Shown: in pieces, positions 11,599 to 20,597 of the stretch
How the letters are laid out: each line of letters starts with the position of its first letter
Position numbering within the stretch: the stretch's first letter is position 1
NCBI GenBank assembly: GCA_041574955.1
Contig: JBFGNS010000002.1
Coordinates: 6,316-70,315 of the forward strand
Length of the DNA stretch: 64,000 nt
From: Thermoanaerobaculia bacterium
GTDB taxonomy: Bacteria > Acidobacteriota > Thermoanaerobaculia > Multivoradales > JAHEKO01
Reading direction: 5' to 3'
Program-made: the position numbers and the translations under genes
Notes under the pieces: generated by a model
What the model was told of the DNA's origin: nothing
Seen by the model: only the letters and a program-made list of their open reading frames with translations
Database searches by the model: none

Positions 11599-12656
11599 GG
11601 CTCGGCTCCGCCGGCCGCCGCCCCCTGCCGGGCACGGTAGGCGCCGCGCGCCGCCAGCGCCTGGTTGAGGATCTCCGGCGGCAGCCGCTCGCCGCGCACC
11701 CGCTCGGCGAACTCCTCGGCGGCGGCGCGGAACCGCGCCTCCTCGGATGCCGGCACCGCCACCACCTCGAGACCGCGCGCCTGCATCTCGCGCACCGCCT
11801 CGCCGTCCTGCTCCGGCACCTCGCGCTCCAGCTTCTCGCCCAGCCGGCCGGCGCTGGCCAGCAGCGCCGCCCGGTCCTCGGCCGAGATACGGTCCCAGAC
11901 CCGGCTCTGGACCAACGTGGCGCCGACCAACGGAGCGATGCCGATGTCCAGCATGTAGGGCGCCTGGCGGTACCACTGCAGCAGCAGGGCCGCCAGCGGC
12001 GGACTGGGCAGCGACTCGACCATGCCGGTCTGCAGGCCGGTGAGGATGTCGGTGGTGGCCAGCGCCACCGGGCGGTAGCCGTTCTGCTTCCACCACTGCA
12101 CGGTCGAATCATCACCGGCGGCGACGAACAGCTTGGAGCGCTTGAGCTCGTCGATCGTCTTCACCGGCCGGCTCGAGAACAGATGCACCCAGCCGGCGTG
12201 CGCCCAGTTGAGCAGCACGTAGCCCTTGGCCTCCAGCCGGCGCTCGAGCTCGGGCGACAGGGCGTCGAGCACGTGGAACAGCTCGTCGTAGGAGGCGAAG
12301 AACAGCGGCACACCGAAGATGCGGAAGGCGTCGTCGATCTCGGTCAGCCCGCCAACGGTCAGCGACGCCGCCTGCAGCTGGCCGATGCGCATCTTGCGCA
12401 CCACGTCCGGCTCGTCGCCGGCGACGCCACCGGGATAGATCCGCAGCCGCACGCGGCCGTCGGTGGCGGTCGCCCAGTCGGCCCCCATCTCCTCGGTAGC
12501 GAGGTCCCAGATCGAGCCGTCGGGTGCCAGGCTGGCCAGCTTGACCGTCATCTGGGCGCCGGCGGCGCCGGCACCGGCGAGCGCCAGGGCGAGCGCGGCG
12601 AGCACGGCCGCCGCGCCGGCGTAGCTCCGGTAGCGGAGCTGGTGGATCGGTTTCAC
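11595..12656 (-). CDS. TRAP transporter substrate-binding protein (DctP family)
   Basis: Signal peptide, then VKLASLAPDGSIW, YPGGVAGDEPDVVRKMRIGQLQAA, GLQTGMVE; GTG start inferred. Confidence 0.9.
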   Translation of the reverse strand: MKPIHQLRYRSYAGAAAVLAALALALAGAGAAGAQMTVKLASLAPDGSIWDLATEEMGADWATATDGRVRLRIYPGGVAGDEPDVVRKMRIGQLQAASLTVGGLTEIDDAFRIFGVPLFFASYDELFHVLDALSPELERRLEAKGYVLLNWAHAGWVHLFSSRPVKTIDELKRSKLFVAAGDDSTVQWWKQNGYRPVALATTDILTGLQTGMVESLPSPPLAALLLQWYRQAPYMLDIGIAPLVGATLVQSRVWDRISAEDRAALLASAGRLGEKLEREVPEQDGEAVREMQARGLEVVAVPASEEARFRAAAEEFAERVRGERLPPEILNQALAARGAYRARQGAAAGGAEP

Positions 12657-12699
12657 GTGCGGATCTCCCGTGGTTGGTACAACCAGTCGCGCGGCGCGG

Positions 12700-13665
12700 C
12701 TAGCCCTCCGCGGCGTCTTCCCCGGGATCGAGGAAGTAGTCTTCGATCCGGTCAAGCAATTCCCGCGCCTGCCGCTGCGCGAGGATGTTGGCCAGGCGGC
12801 GCGACGGCGCCACATTGGGGTCGATGGCCAGGGCCCGGCGCAGCAGGCGGCGGAACTCGGCGGCGTCCTGCTCGGCCACCACCACCGTCCTGGCCAGGGT
12901 GACGTAGGGGCCGACGCTGGTGCCGCCCGACAGCTCGACGGCGCGCTCGAAGTGGGCGCGCGCGCGCTCCGGCGAGCCGCCGGCCACCTCGGGCAGCGCC
13001 TCGAGCGAGATCAGCGCCTCGTGCACCAGTCCGTCGTCGTACGCCTCGTCGAGCTCGAGGGCGCGCCGGAACAGCGCCTTGACCGCCGGCACGTCGGCGG
13101 TGAGCGCCGGACGGTCCTGACCGAGCGAGATCGCCGAGCCCCAGGCGGCGGCCGCCCACACCACGAAGCCGGTGTCGGCGGCGGTGAGCGAGCCGGCGGC
13201 CTCCTCGGGTGCGCGCTGCAGCCGCCCCAAGATGCCGGGGCTCGAGCGCTCGAGCGCCCGCAGGCAGTAGTCGCGCCCGCGCAGGTACAGCTTGAGCGCC
13301 CGCTCCACGAGCTGGCGCGACCGGCGGTAGTCGGCGTGCTCCAGGAAGAACGCTTCACTCTCGACGAAGGCGTAGGCGTACTGCGTGAAGCCGCGGCAGG
13401 AGGCCAGCAGCAGGTTGCGGTCGCGGGGCGCCTCGGCGAGCAGCGCCTCCATCGTCTTCAAGGCGAACGGCAGCGCCTCGGCCACCAGCTCGGGGTCTTC
13501 GTCCGAGGCGAACACGTCGCCGCTCGCCGCCAGGCTGCGGCCCAGCGCCTTGACCGCCACCGTGCGCAGCGAGCAGCCGCCGACCACCAGCGCCAGCGCC
13601 AGCGCCGCGGCCAGCACCGCGGACGCGCTGTGGCGCGGGCGGGGCTTGCTCGGTGCGGTCGGCAT
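12700..13665 (-). CDS. TRAP transporter TatT component (TPAT-type lipoprotein)
   Basis: Lipobox LVVGGC, EDPELVAEALPFALKTMEALL, TPR-like helices, and first position in a TRAP operon. Confidence 0.8.
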   Translation of the reverse strand: MPTAPSKPRPRHSASAVLAAALALALVVGGCSLRTVAVKALGRSLAASGDVFASDEDPELVAEALPFALKTMEALLAEAPRDRNLLLASCRGFTQYAYAFVESEAFFLEHADYRRSRQLVERALKLYLRGRDYCLRALERSSPGILGRLQRAPEEAAGSLTAADTGFVVWAAAAWGSAISLGQDRPALTADVPAVKALFRRALELDEAYDDGLVHEALISLEALPEVAGGSPERARAHFERAVELSGGTSVGPYVTLARTVVVAEQDAAEFRRLLRRALAIDPNVAPSRRLANILAQRQARELLDRIEDYFLDPGEDAAEG

Positions 13666-13765
13666 GGCCGCACGGCAGCCTACCGGGAGCCACCGGGCCG
13701 GTCAAACAAGCCACCGACCGCCGGGCGAGCGCGGCAACCAGACCACCGGCCACCCGTAAGAGAGA

Positions 13766-14971
13766 ATGGCGGCGGGAGCAGCCCGCCGGGAGGCGTCCGT
13801 GAGCCGCAAGACCACCAGACCGCAGGAGTACGCCCGCCAGGCGCGCAAGTTCGTGCGCGACTACACCCAGGGTCTGGACCCGCAGGACTTCCGACGACTG
13901 TTCGACCAGGACGCGGTCCATGCCTACAAGGTGCTGAGCCGCGACCAGCCCGAGGGATCCGAGCCCACCGAGGGCGCGGCGCGGTTCTTCCACCGCGCCC
14001 GCATCTTCTTTCTCGGCCTGTCGTACAAGCTGACGCCGGCGCGGCGCCTGCTGTTCGCCGGCTCGCTGCTGGTGGCGCTCGCCGGGCTGGCCATGCCCGA
14101 GCTGGTGATCAGCGGCGAGCGCGGCCGGTTCACTCTCGACTTCTCGCCGCTGTGGTTCGTCGCCGGGCTGGGCGGCCTGGTCTGGCTGCTGGCGCTGGAG
14201 CTGGTCGACCGGGTGCGGGTGCGGGACGAGCTCGAGGTGGCCCGCCAGCTGCAGCGCGATCTGCTGCCGCACAGCTCGCCGGCGCTCGCCGGCTACGAGT
14301 TCGCCCACTCCTACCGCACCGCCAACGAGGTGGGCGGCGACTACTACGACTTCCAGCGGCTTCCCGACGGCCGGCTGGCGCTGCTGATGGGCGACGCCAG
14401 CGGCCACGGCATCGCCGCCGGGCTGCTGATGGCAATCGCCAACGCCACCTTGAAGACCGCCATCGACGTCGACCCCGAACCACTGGCGGTCGCCCGCCTG
14501 CTCAACCGGGCGCTGGTGCGCACCGGCGACCGCCGGGCGTTCATGACGCTGTGCTACGGAGTGTTGGATCCGCCGAGCGGCCGGCTCGACCTGGTGCTCG
14601 CCGGCCACCCGTTCCCGCTCCTCAGGCGGGCCGGCGGCGCCGTCGAAGAGCTTGGCAGCGGCGGCCTGCCGCTGGGCATGCGGGCCGAGGTCGACGTGGA
14701 GCGGATCAGCGTGGTGCTCGAGCCCGGCGACCTGCTGGTGCTCTACACCGACGGCCTGCCGGAAGCGGTCAACGGGCCCGCCGGCAGCGCTTTCGGCTTC
14801 GAGCGTCTCAAGCAGCTGCTCGGCCCGGCCGCCGGCCCGGCCGTGCTGCACGACCGCATCCTGATGGAGTTCGACCGCCACGTCGGCCGCGAGCTGCTGG
14901 CCGACGACCTGACCCTGGTGGTGGTGGCACGGCTGGAGCCCGCGGTGTCGGCCGCCAGCGCGCCGGCCTGA
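13766..14971 (+). CDS. PP2C/SpoIIE (RsbU-like) serine phosphatase with N-terminal membrane region
   Basis: ELEVARQLQRDLLP, EVGGDYYDF, GDASGHG, AGHPFP, LYTDGLPEA, DDLTLVV. Confidence 0.92.
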   Translation: MAAGAARREASVSRKTTRPQEYARQARKFVRDYTQGLDPQDFRRLFDQDAVHAYKVLSRDQPEGSEPTEGAARFFHRARIFFLGLSYKLTPARRLLFAGSLLVALAGLAMPELVISGERGRFTLDFSPLWFVAGLGGLVWLLALELVDRVRVRDELEVARQLQRDLLPHSSPALAGYEFAHSYRTANEVGGDYYDFQRLPDGRLALLMGDASGHGIAAGLLMAIANATLKTAIDVDPEPLAVARLLNRALVRTGDRRAFMTLCYGVLDPPSGRLDLVLAGHPFPLLRRAGGAVEELGSGGLPLGMRAEVDVERISVVLEPGDLLVLYTDGLPEAVNGPAGSAFGFERLKQLLGPAAGPAVLHDRILMEFDRHVGRELLADDLTLVVVARLEPAVSAASAPA

Positions 14972-15241
14972 GCGCGACCGCCCGCCGGCGAGCCGGGCAC
15001 GGCCGACCTCTTCCGTTTCGAGGTGAGCAGCGGCCACGGAGCCGCCGCGACGCCGCCCGCACCCCGCGCTGCCTCGCCGGACGGCCGCCACGGCGGCGTG
15101 ACCGGTTCTGCTAGACTCCGCGCAACCAACCAGCTGCCGAGGCGTTGGAGGCGAATCGAGGCTGGCCCGGAGTGTGCCGGGCCACCCCGGCGCCGTAGCC
15201 GGCGCGCGCGGCGATGAACCTGGCTGCGAGGGGGTGACCCG

Positions 15242-17086
15242 ATGACCGCGACCGACCGCTCATTGGACACGGCGCCCGAAGACGCCCAAAGACGCCGACG
15301 CCGTCTGCTGCTCAAGATCGCCGTCGCCGCGGTGGTCGTGATCGGCCTGCTGCTGGTGCTGTATCTGGGCTGCCGGTTCCTCACCGAGCGACCGGTGACC
15401 TACGACACCATGGCCGACCACTTCAAGTACGGCTCGACCCGGGGCGACCTGCTGACCGGGGTGCCGGTGTGGATCTGGCAGGCGATGCCGCTGGTGTGCG
15501 CCGACATCCTGGAGTCGGTGACCGGCGACCGGCTGGCGCCCGACTACCGCGACCGCGTGGCGCGGTACTCCTCCGCCGACGACGCCGCCGAGCGCCGGCG
15601 GGCGCTGTCGCGCGAGGGCTACAAGGCGCTCGGCTTCCTGTACGAGACCGACGCCGACGGGCGGGAGCGGACGCTGCCGATCGGCACCACCCAGCGCCGC
15701 AGCCTGGGGCTCGACCGCACCTACATCAACTGCGCGGTCTGCCACGTCAGCACGGTACGCCAGGAGCCGGAGGGGCCGGCCGAGCTGGTCGTCGGCATGC
15801 CCGCCAACCTGTTCAACCTGTACGACTTCGAGCACTTCCTGTTCGAGTGCGGCAAGAGCAGCCGGTTCAGTTTCCTGCAGCTCGCTCCCGAGATGGCGGC
15901 GCTCGGCGCCGACCTCGATCTGCTCGACGAGTACGTGGTCTACCCGCTGGCGATCGCCGGCCTGCGCGAGGCGATCAACTTCCTCGAGGACCAGGCGGGG
16001 TTCTCGGTGCGCCAGCCCGAGTGGGGCCCGGGGCGCAACGATACCTTCACCAACAACAAGGTGTTCCTCTACGGCTACCCGTGGCGGGACCTCGTACCCG
16101 ACTACTGGACCACCGGCGAGGTCCATCCCGAGAACGTTGGCACCGTCGACTTTCCGTCGATCTGGCTGCAGGGCAAGCGCAAGCAGCGCTCCGACGGACG
16201 GCCGATGCAGCTGCACTGGGACGGCAACAACGACGACGTCGAGGAGCGCAACCTGAACGCCTCGCTGGCCACCTCGGCGCTGCCTCCGGTCATCGACCAC
16301 GAGGCCATCGAGTGCGTTGAGCTGTGGCTCGAGGACCTCGAGCCGCCCGCCTGGCCGTTCCCCATCGACCGCCAGCTGGCGGCCCGCGGCGAGCCGATCT
16401 ACCGCCAGTACTGCGCCGACTGTCACGGCGCGGGCGGCCGCGACTTCACCGGCCGGTGGGTGGGCTACGTGACCGACATCGACGACGTCGGCACCGACCG
16501 CTACCGGCTCGACAACTACACCGGCACGCTGGCGGCCAACATGGGGATGACCTACGCCAAGCAGCCGCGTCGGCAGCAGGCCCACCCCTGCCCGGACGGC
16601 ACCGTCTACCGGCCGCGCCAGCCGCGCGGCGGTGACGGCGCCTACGGCGGCTCCCCGGCCGGCGGCTACGACGAGCCGGCCGGCGCGCCCGCCACCTACG
16701 ACTCCCGCGTCGCAGCCGTCGAAGCGGAGGAGGACAGCTACCGCTACACCCACTACCGCAAGACCAACGGCTACGCCAACTCGCCGCTCGACGGCCTGTG
16801 GCTGAGAGCGCCCTACCTGCACAACGGCTCGGTGCCCCACCTGCGCGCCCTGCTCGAGCCGAGCGACCGGCGGCCGGTCACCTTCTACCGCGGCAACGAC
16901 CTGTACGACCCGATCGACGTCGGCTTCGTCTCCACCGCGCCGCGCGACCGGGACGGCCGCGGCTACTTCCTGTTCGACACCGCGGTGCCCGGCAACGGCA
17001 ACCGCGGCCACGAGGGTGCGCGCTACGGCACCGAGCTGCCGCCCGCGGACAAGGCGGCGCTGATCGAGTACCTGAAGACCTTCTAG
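15242..17086 (+). CDS. Membrane-anchored dihaem cytochrome c, RoxA/bCcP-MauG-like
   Basis: Two CxxCH motifs (CAVCH, CADCH), C-terminal LDGLWLRAPYLHNGSVP and GNGNRGH, N-terminal TM anchor. Confidence 0.8.
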   Translation: MTATDRSLDTAPEDAQRRRRRLLLKIAVAAVVVIGLLLVLYLGCRFLTERPVTYDTMADHFKYGSTRGDLLTGVPVWIWQAMPLVCADILESVTGDRLAPDYRDRVARYSSADDAAERRRALSREGYKALGFLYETDADGRERTLPIGTTQRRSLGLDRTYINCAVCHVSTVRQEPEGPAELVVGMPANLFNLYDFEHFLFECGKSSRFSFLQLAPEMAALGADLDLLDEYVVYPLAIAGLREAINFLEDQAGFSVRQPEWGPGRNDTFTNNKVFLYGYPWRDLVPDYWTTGEVHPENVGTVDFPSIWLQGKRKQRSDGRPMQLHWDGNNDDVEERNLNASLATSALPPVIDHEAIECVELWLEDLEPPAWPFPIDRQLAARGEPIYRQYCADCHGAGGRDFTGRWVGYVTDIDDVGTDRYRLDNYTGTLAANMGMTYAKQPRRQQAHPCPDGTVYRPRQPRGGDGAYGGSPAGGYDEPAGAPATYDSRVAAVEAEEDSYRYTHYRKTNGYANSPLDGLWLRAPYLHNGSVPHLRALLEPSDRRPVTFYRGNDLYDPIDVGFVSTAPRDRDGRGYFLFDTAVPGNGNRGHEGARYGTELPPADKAALIEYLKTF

Positions 17087-17113
17087 ACCGCGGGGCTGGC
17101 CAGGGAGGAGAGC

Positions 17114-18610
17114 ATGAACGCCAAAGGCAAGAAGCGCTCGAAGTGGAGACGTCTCAAGATCTGGCTGCCGGTGGTGTTGGTGGTCGGCGGCGTCTTCGCC
17201 TACATCGGCTGGGACCGCGGCTTCCGCGTCCACCCCGAGCCCGACTGGGTGATGAAGGACGAGGCCACCCGCTTCATGTACGCCTCGATCGGCGCCGAGT
17301 TCGAGGCCGGCATCCCGTACTGGATCCTGTACGTCCTACCGCGCGTGTTTCCGGAGAAGTTCCCCGGCCCCGGCGGCTTCGCCGCGTTCGGCATCCCGTG
17401 GGAGCAGGGCATGGAGCTGCCGGTGGGGTTCACCCAACGCACCATCGGTTTCCCGCGGGTCAGCAACAACTGCGCCGTCTGCCACACCGCGACCTACCGC
17501 ACCTCGCCCGACGCCGAACCGGTCATCGTGCCGCTCGGTCCCGGCCATACCAGCAACGTCGAGGCGTTCCTCAAGCTGCTGGTGGACTGCGCCAAGGACC
17601 CGCGCTTCAACGCCGACAACCTGATGGCCTACATCGCGATGGCCACCAAGCTGGACGTCATCGACACCCTGCTCTACCGCTATCTGATCATTCCGATCAC
17701 CCGCAAGACCCTGCTCGAGCGCGAGCGCCAGTTCACCTGGGTCTACAACGACGCCTACCCCGATTGGGGCCGCGGCCGCGACGACGCAATGAACCTCACC
17801 AAGTACTTCATGATCGAGGTCGATCCACCCGACGACGGCACCTACGGGCCGACCGACTTCCCGTCGATCTGGAACCTGCAGAAGTACGACTCACCGGCCG
17901 ACGACCCCAACCCGCAGCGGCTCAACCTCGCCGGTGACACCTGGGACGCCTACTCGGTGGTGATGGACTCGGCGCTCGGGCTGCTGGGCGGAGCGCCCCA
18001 CGACAACGACGAGTTCGTGGCCCACGTCCAGTGGATCACCGACTACGCCAAGCGCACCCCGGCGCCGGAGTTCCCGTTCCCGGTGGACGAAGCTCTCGCC
18101 GCCGCCGGGCGGCCGGTGTACGACGCCAACTGCGCGGTCTGCCACGACTCCGACGGCGACCTGGTCGGCCGGCCGATGCCGCTGGCCGAGGTCCGCACCA
18201 GCCGCGACCGCCTCGACACCTGGGCCGGCAAGTACGCCGCCCAGGCCAACCGCGTGGTCGAGGAGATGGGGCTCGAGCGGCGTGGACTGGTGGAGCAGGA
18301 CTCGCCGGGCTACAACCCGCCGCACCTCGACGGGCTGTGGCTGCGCGCCCCCTACCTGCACAACGGCTCGGTGCCGACCCTGCGCGACCTGCTGCGGCCC
18401 CCCGGCGAGCGCCCGGCGACCTTCTACCGCGGCTACGACGTCTACGACCCGGTGGACGTGGGGTTCGTGGTGCAGGGCCCCGAGGCCGAGCGCTGGGGCA
18501 CGCTGCACGACACCGGCCGCAAGGGCAACGGCAACTACGGTCACGAGTTCGGCACCGACCTGCCGGCCGAGCAGAAGGAAGCGCTGCTCGAGTACCTGAA
18601 GACGCTGTAG
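17114..18610 (+). CDS. Membrane-anchored dihaem cytochrome c, RoxA/bCcP-MauG-like (paralogue 2)
   Basis: Two CAVCH motifs, LDGLWLRAPYLHNGSVPTL, GNGNYGHEFG, and TDFPSIW shared with the upstream paralogue (VDFPSIW). Confidence 0.8.
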   Translation: MNAKGKKRSKWRRLKIWLPVVLVVGGVFAYIGWDRGFRVHPEPDWVMKDEATRFMYASIGAEFEAGIPYWILYVLPRVFPEKFPGPGGFAAFGIPWEQGMELPVGFTQRTIGFPRVSNNCAVCHTATYRTSPDAEPVIVPLGPGHTSNVEAFLKLLVDCAKDPRFNADNLMAYIAMATKLDVIDTLLYRYLIIPITRKTLLERERQFTWVYNDAYPDWGRGRDDAMNLTKYFMIEVDPPDDGTYGPTDFPSIWNLQKYDSPADDPNPQRLNLAGDTWDAYSVVMDSALGLLGGAPHDNDEFVAHVQWITDYAKRTPAPEFPFPVDEALAAAGRPVYDANCAVCHDSDGDLVGRPMPLAEVRTSRDRLDTWAGKYAAQANRVVEEMGLERRGLVEQDSPGYNPPHLDGLWLRAPYLHNGSVPTLRDLLRPPGERPATFYRGYDVYDPVDVGFVVQGPEAERWGTLHDTGRKGNGNYGHEFGTDLPAEQKEALLEYLKTL

Positions 18611-18706
18611 CCCGCTTCTCGGGCGCGACCGCGTCGGAACACGCCGGCGGCGGCCCGTGTTCGTCTCGCCGGCCGCCGCTACCCCCGCCAGCACTATCCA
18701 CCGGCC

Positions 18707-18859
18707 ATGCGGCGCATCTTCGCCCGGGAGGCGACCGGATTTGCCGAGGAGTCCCGGCTGTTCGCCGGCGGCGACTCACGAACCGCCTACTTCTTCGACC
18801 TCTGGTACGCCGCACCGGTCGTCGAGCGGACCTACGACGAGCTCAGCGGACAAGGCTGA
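18707..18859 (+). CDS. Putative 50-aa small ORF or gene remnant
   Basis: Manual translation MRRIFAREATGFAEESRLFAGGDSRTAYFFDLWYAAPVVERTYDELSGQG*, with mostly GC3-rich codons; it fills an otherwise empty intergenic gap. No SD seen. Confidence 0.35.
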   Translation: MRRIFAREATGFAEESRLFAGGDSRTAYFFDLWYAAPVVERTYDELSGQG

Positions 18860-18868
18860 GCCGGGCGC

Positions 18869-19555
18869 CTACTCGATGATGTCCATCAGCTGCCAGACCA
18901 CCGACCGGCGCAAGTGTGCGGCCTCGTCGGCGGTGATCTGGGGAGCCGCCAGCTGGCCGAAGCCGTTGAAACGGCTCACCAGCGCGTACTCGTAGCCCCG
19001 CTCGCCGCCGACCGGCAGCCGCTTGGCGAACAGCGCCCAGTTGACCACCTCGCCGGCGTCGGCGCGCGCCTGGAGCCGCGGCATCACCCGGCCGCGCATG
19101 GTGTCCAGGAAACGCTCGCTACCGGCCGCGCCGGCGGTCAGGAAGTCGACCGTGACGTGGGTGTACTCCACCTTGCCGTAGTAGTCCTCCGAGCGCACCC
19201 CAGGCACTCCCTGGTAGACCTCCGAGTGGCGCACCCAGCCGGCGTAGCCGTCGGAGGCGGTCGGGCTCTGCAGGCTGGCGAAGTCGGTGAAGACCGTCAC
19301 CATGACGTCGGTGTAGTCGCTGGCGCTGCCCAATGGAAAGCGGGAGGCGTAGTGGTACCAGGCGAAGATCTCGCCGCGCTCGAGCCGCTGGCGGTTGAGG
19401 TCGCGCACCGGGCCGGTCACCGCCGCCCGGAACTCCGCCGCCGACTCCGGCGGCACGGCCAGGTACTCCACGTGGACGGCGACCGCCGCCGCCGCGGGTC
19501 GGGCGACGAGCAGCAGCACCGCCGCGGCCAGCCAGGCTCCGGTGGACCGCTTCAC
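18869..19555 (-). CDS. Secreted hypothetical protein with two similar ferredoxin-like (NIPSNAP-like) halves
   Basis: GTG start overlaps the SRPBCC stop; signal peptide; two related halves (W..yasrfP.Gs.sdYt.v.vt.F / WalfakrlP.Gge.gYeyalv..F). Confidence 0.6.
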   Translation of the reverse strand: MKRSTGAWLAAAVLLLVARPAAAAVAVHVEYLAVPPESAAEFRAAVTGPVRDLNRQRLERGEIFAWYHYASRFPLGSASDYTDVMVTVFTDFASLQSPTASDGYAGWVRHSEVYQGVPGVRSEDYYGKVEYTHVTVDFLTAGAAGSERFLDTMRGRVMPRLQARADAGEVVNWALFAKRLPVGGERGYEYALVSRFNGFGQLAAPQITADEAAHLRRSVVWQLMDIIE

Positions 19556-20043
19556 GACGCCGCCCCCGCCGGCTCCGCCACCAGCTGCGGCAGCTTGGCC
19601 AGGCAGCCGTTCCAGCCCTGGCCATGGTTCTCCCGGTCGGCGGCGTCCACGAAGCCCTCGTGGGTGAGCGTCAGCTCGGTCTCGCCGTCGCCCACCGGCC
19701 GCAGCTCCACCGTCACACGGGTGACCAGCTCGGCCTCGGCCCACTTCCACGAGAAGACCAGCTTCTCGCCGGGGACGACCTGCTGGTAGACGCCGGCCGG
19801 CGAGTGGGGCTCGCCCTCCGGGCTCCTCATGACGATGCGGTAGCTGCCGCCGACCCGCACGTCGAGCTCGGCCTCGTCGACCCTCATCGCTCCCGGGCTG
19901 AACCAGCGCCGCACGAGCTCGGGATCGGTCCAGGCCTGCCACACCCGCGCCGGGGGCGCCGGCAGCCGGCGCTGGATAACCAGGGAGCTCGGGGAGTCGG
20001 AGTCGGGCGTCGGTGGCGCCACCGACGGTCTTGCTGTCGTCAT
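19552..20043 (-). CDS. SRPBCC/AHSA1 (START-like) domain protein
   Basis: LVIQRRLPAPPARVWQAWTDPEL, LDVRVGGSY, TELTLTHEGF, HGQGWNGCL. Confidence 0.92.
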   Translation of the reverse strand: MTTARPSVAPPTPDSDSPSSLVIQRRLPAPPARVWQAWTDPELVRRWFSPGAMRVDEAELDVRVGGSYRIVMRSPEGEPHSPAGVYQQVVPGEKLVFSWKWAEAELVTRVTVELRPVGDGETELTLTHEGFVDAADRENHGQGWNGCLAKLPQLVAEPAGAAS

Positions 20044-20432
20044 CGTGAGGGTCCTTTCTGTTCGTTTGCCGGTTGGGAACCTGCGGTGCCGGCGGCACGG
20101 CCGTCCGAGTCGAGAAAGCTCTCGAGCTCGTCCAGCCGCGAGCGCCAGAAATCGCGGTAGAAGCCGAGCCAGTCGCGGGCCTCTCCCAGCGCGCCGGGAT
20201 CGAGGTCACAGTGGTGCTGGCGTCCTCTCACCTGACGGCTGACCAGCCCCGCGCGCTCCAGGATCTTGACGTGCTTCGAGACCGCCGGCAGGCTGATCGG
20301 AAACGGTGCCGCCAGCTCGCCGATTGTCGCGGGGCCTGCCGCGAGGCGGCCCACGATCGCCCGTCGCGTGGGGTCGGAGAGGGCGAAGAAGATCCGGTCG
20401 AGCCGTGGTGAAGGCTGGAGCGTGGCCGACAT
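20040..20432 (-). CDS. ArsR/SmtB family transcriptional regulator
   Basis: IFFALSDPTRRAIV, ISLPAVSKHVKILERAGLV; classic ArsR-SRPBCC pair. An alternative ATG is at 20441. Confidence 0.9.
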   Translation of the reverse strand: MSATLQPSPRLDRIFFALSDPTRRAIVGRLAAGPATIGELAAPFPISLPAVSKHVKILERAGLVSRQVRGRQHHCDLDPGALGEARDWLGFYRDFWRSRLDELESFLDSDGRAAGTAGSQPANEQKGPSR

Positions 20433-20443
20433 CGGAGACATAT

Positions 20444-20470
20444 TTAACCTATCGGTTAACCATCTGTCAA
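20444..20470 (-). promoter_or_regulatory. Sigma70-like promoter with palindromic ArsR operator TTAACC-N4-GGTTAA
   Basis: TTGACA on the minus strand at 20470-20465; perfect inverted repeat at 20444-20459 immediately upstream of the ArsR start. Confidence 0.7.
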
Positions 20471-20597
20471 GCCCACCGTCCGCCGCTGCAGCCGGCCCGC
20501 CGTCACGCCCACCACCCCGGCGGGTGGCGGCACCGCCCGCAATCCGTCGGTAGCCTCGCGGTAGGGCCTGCACCCCCCGAGCGACACGGATATCGGC

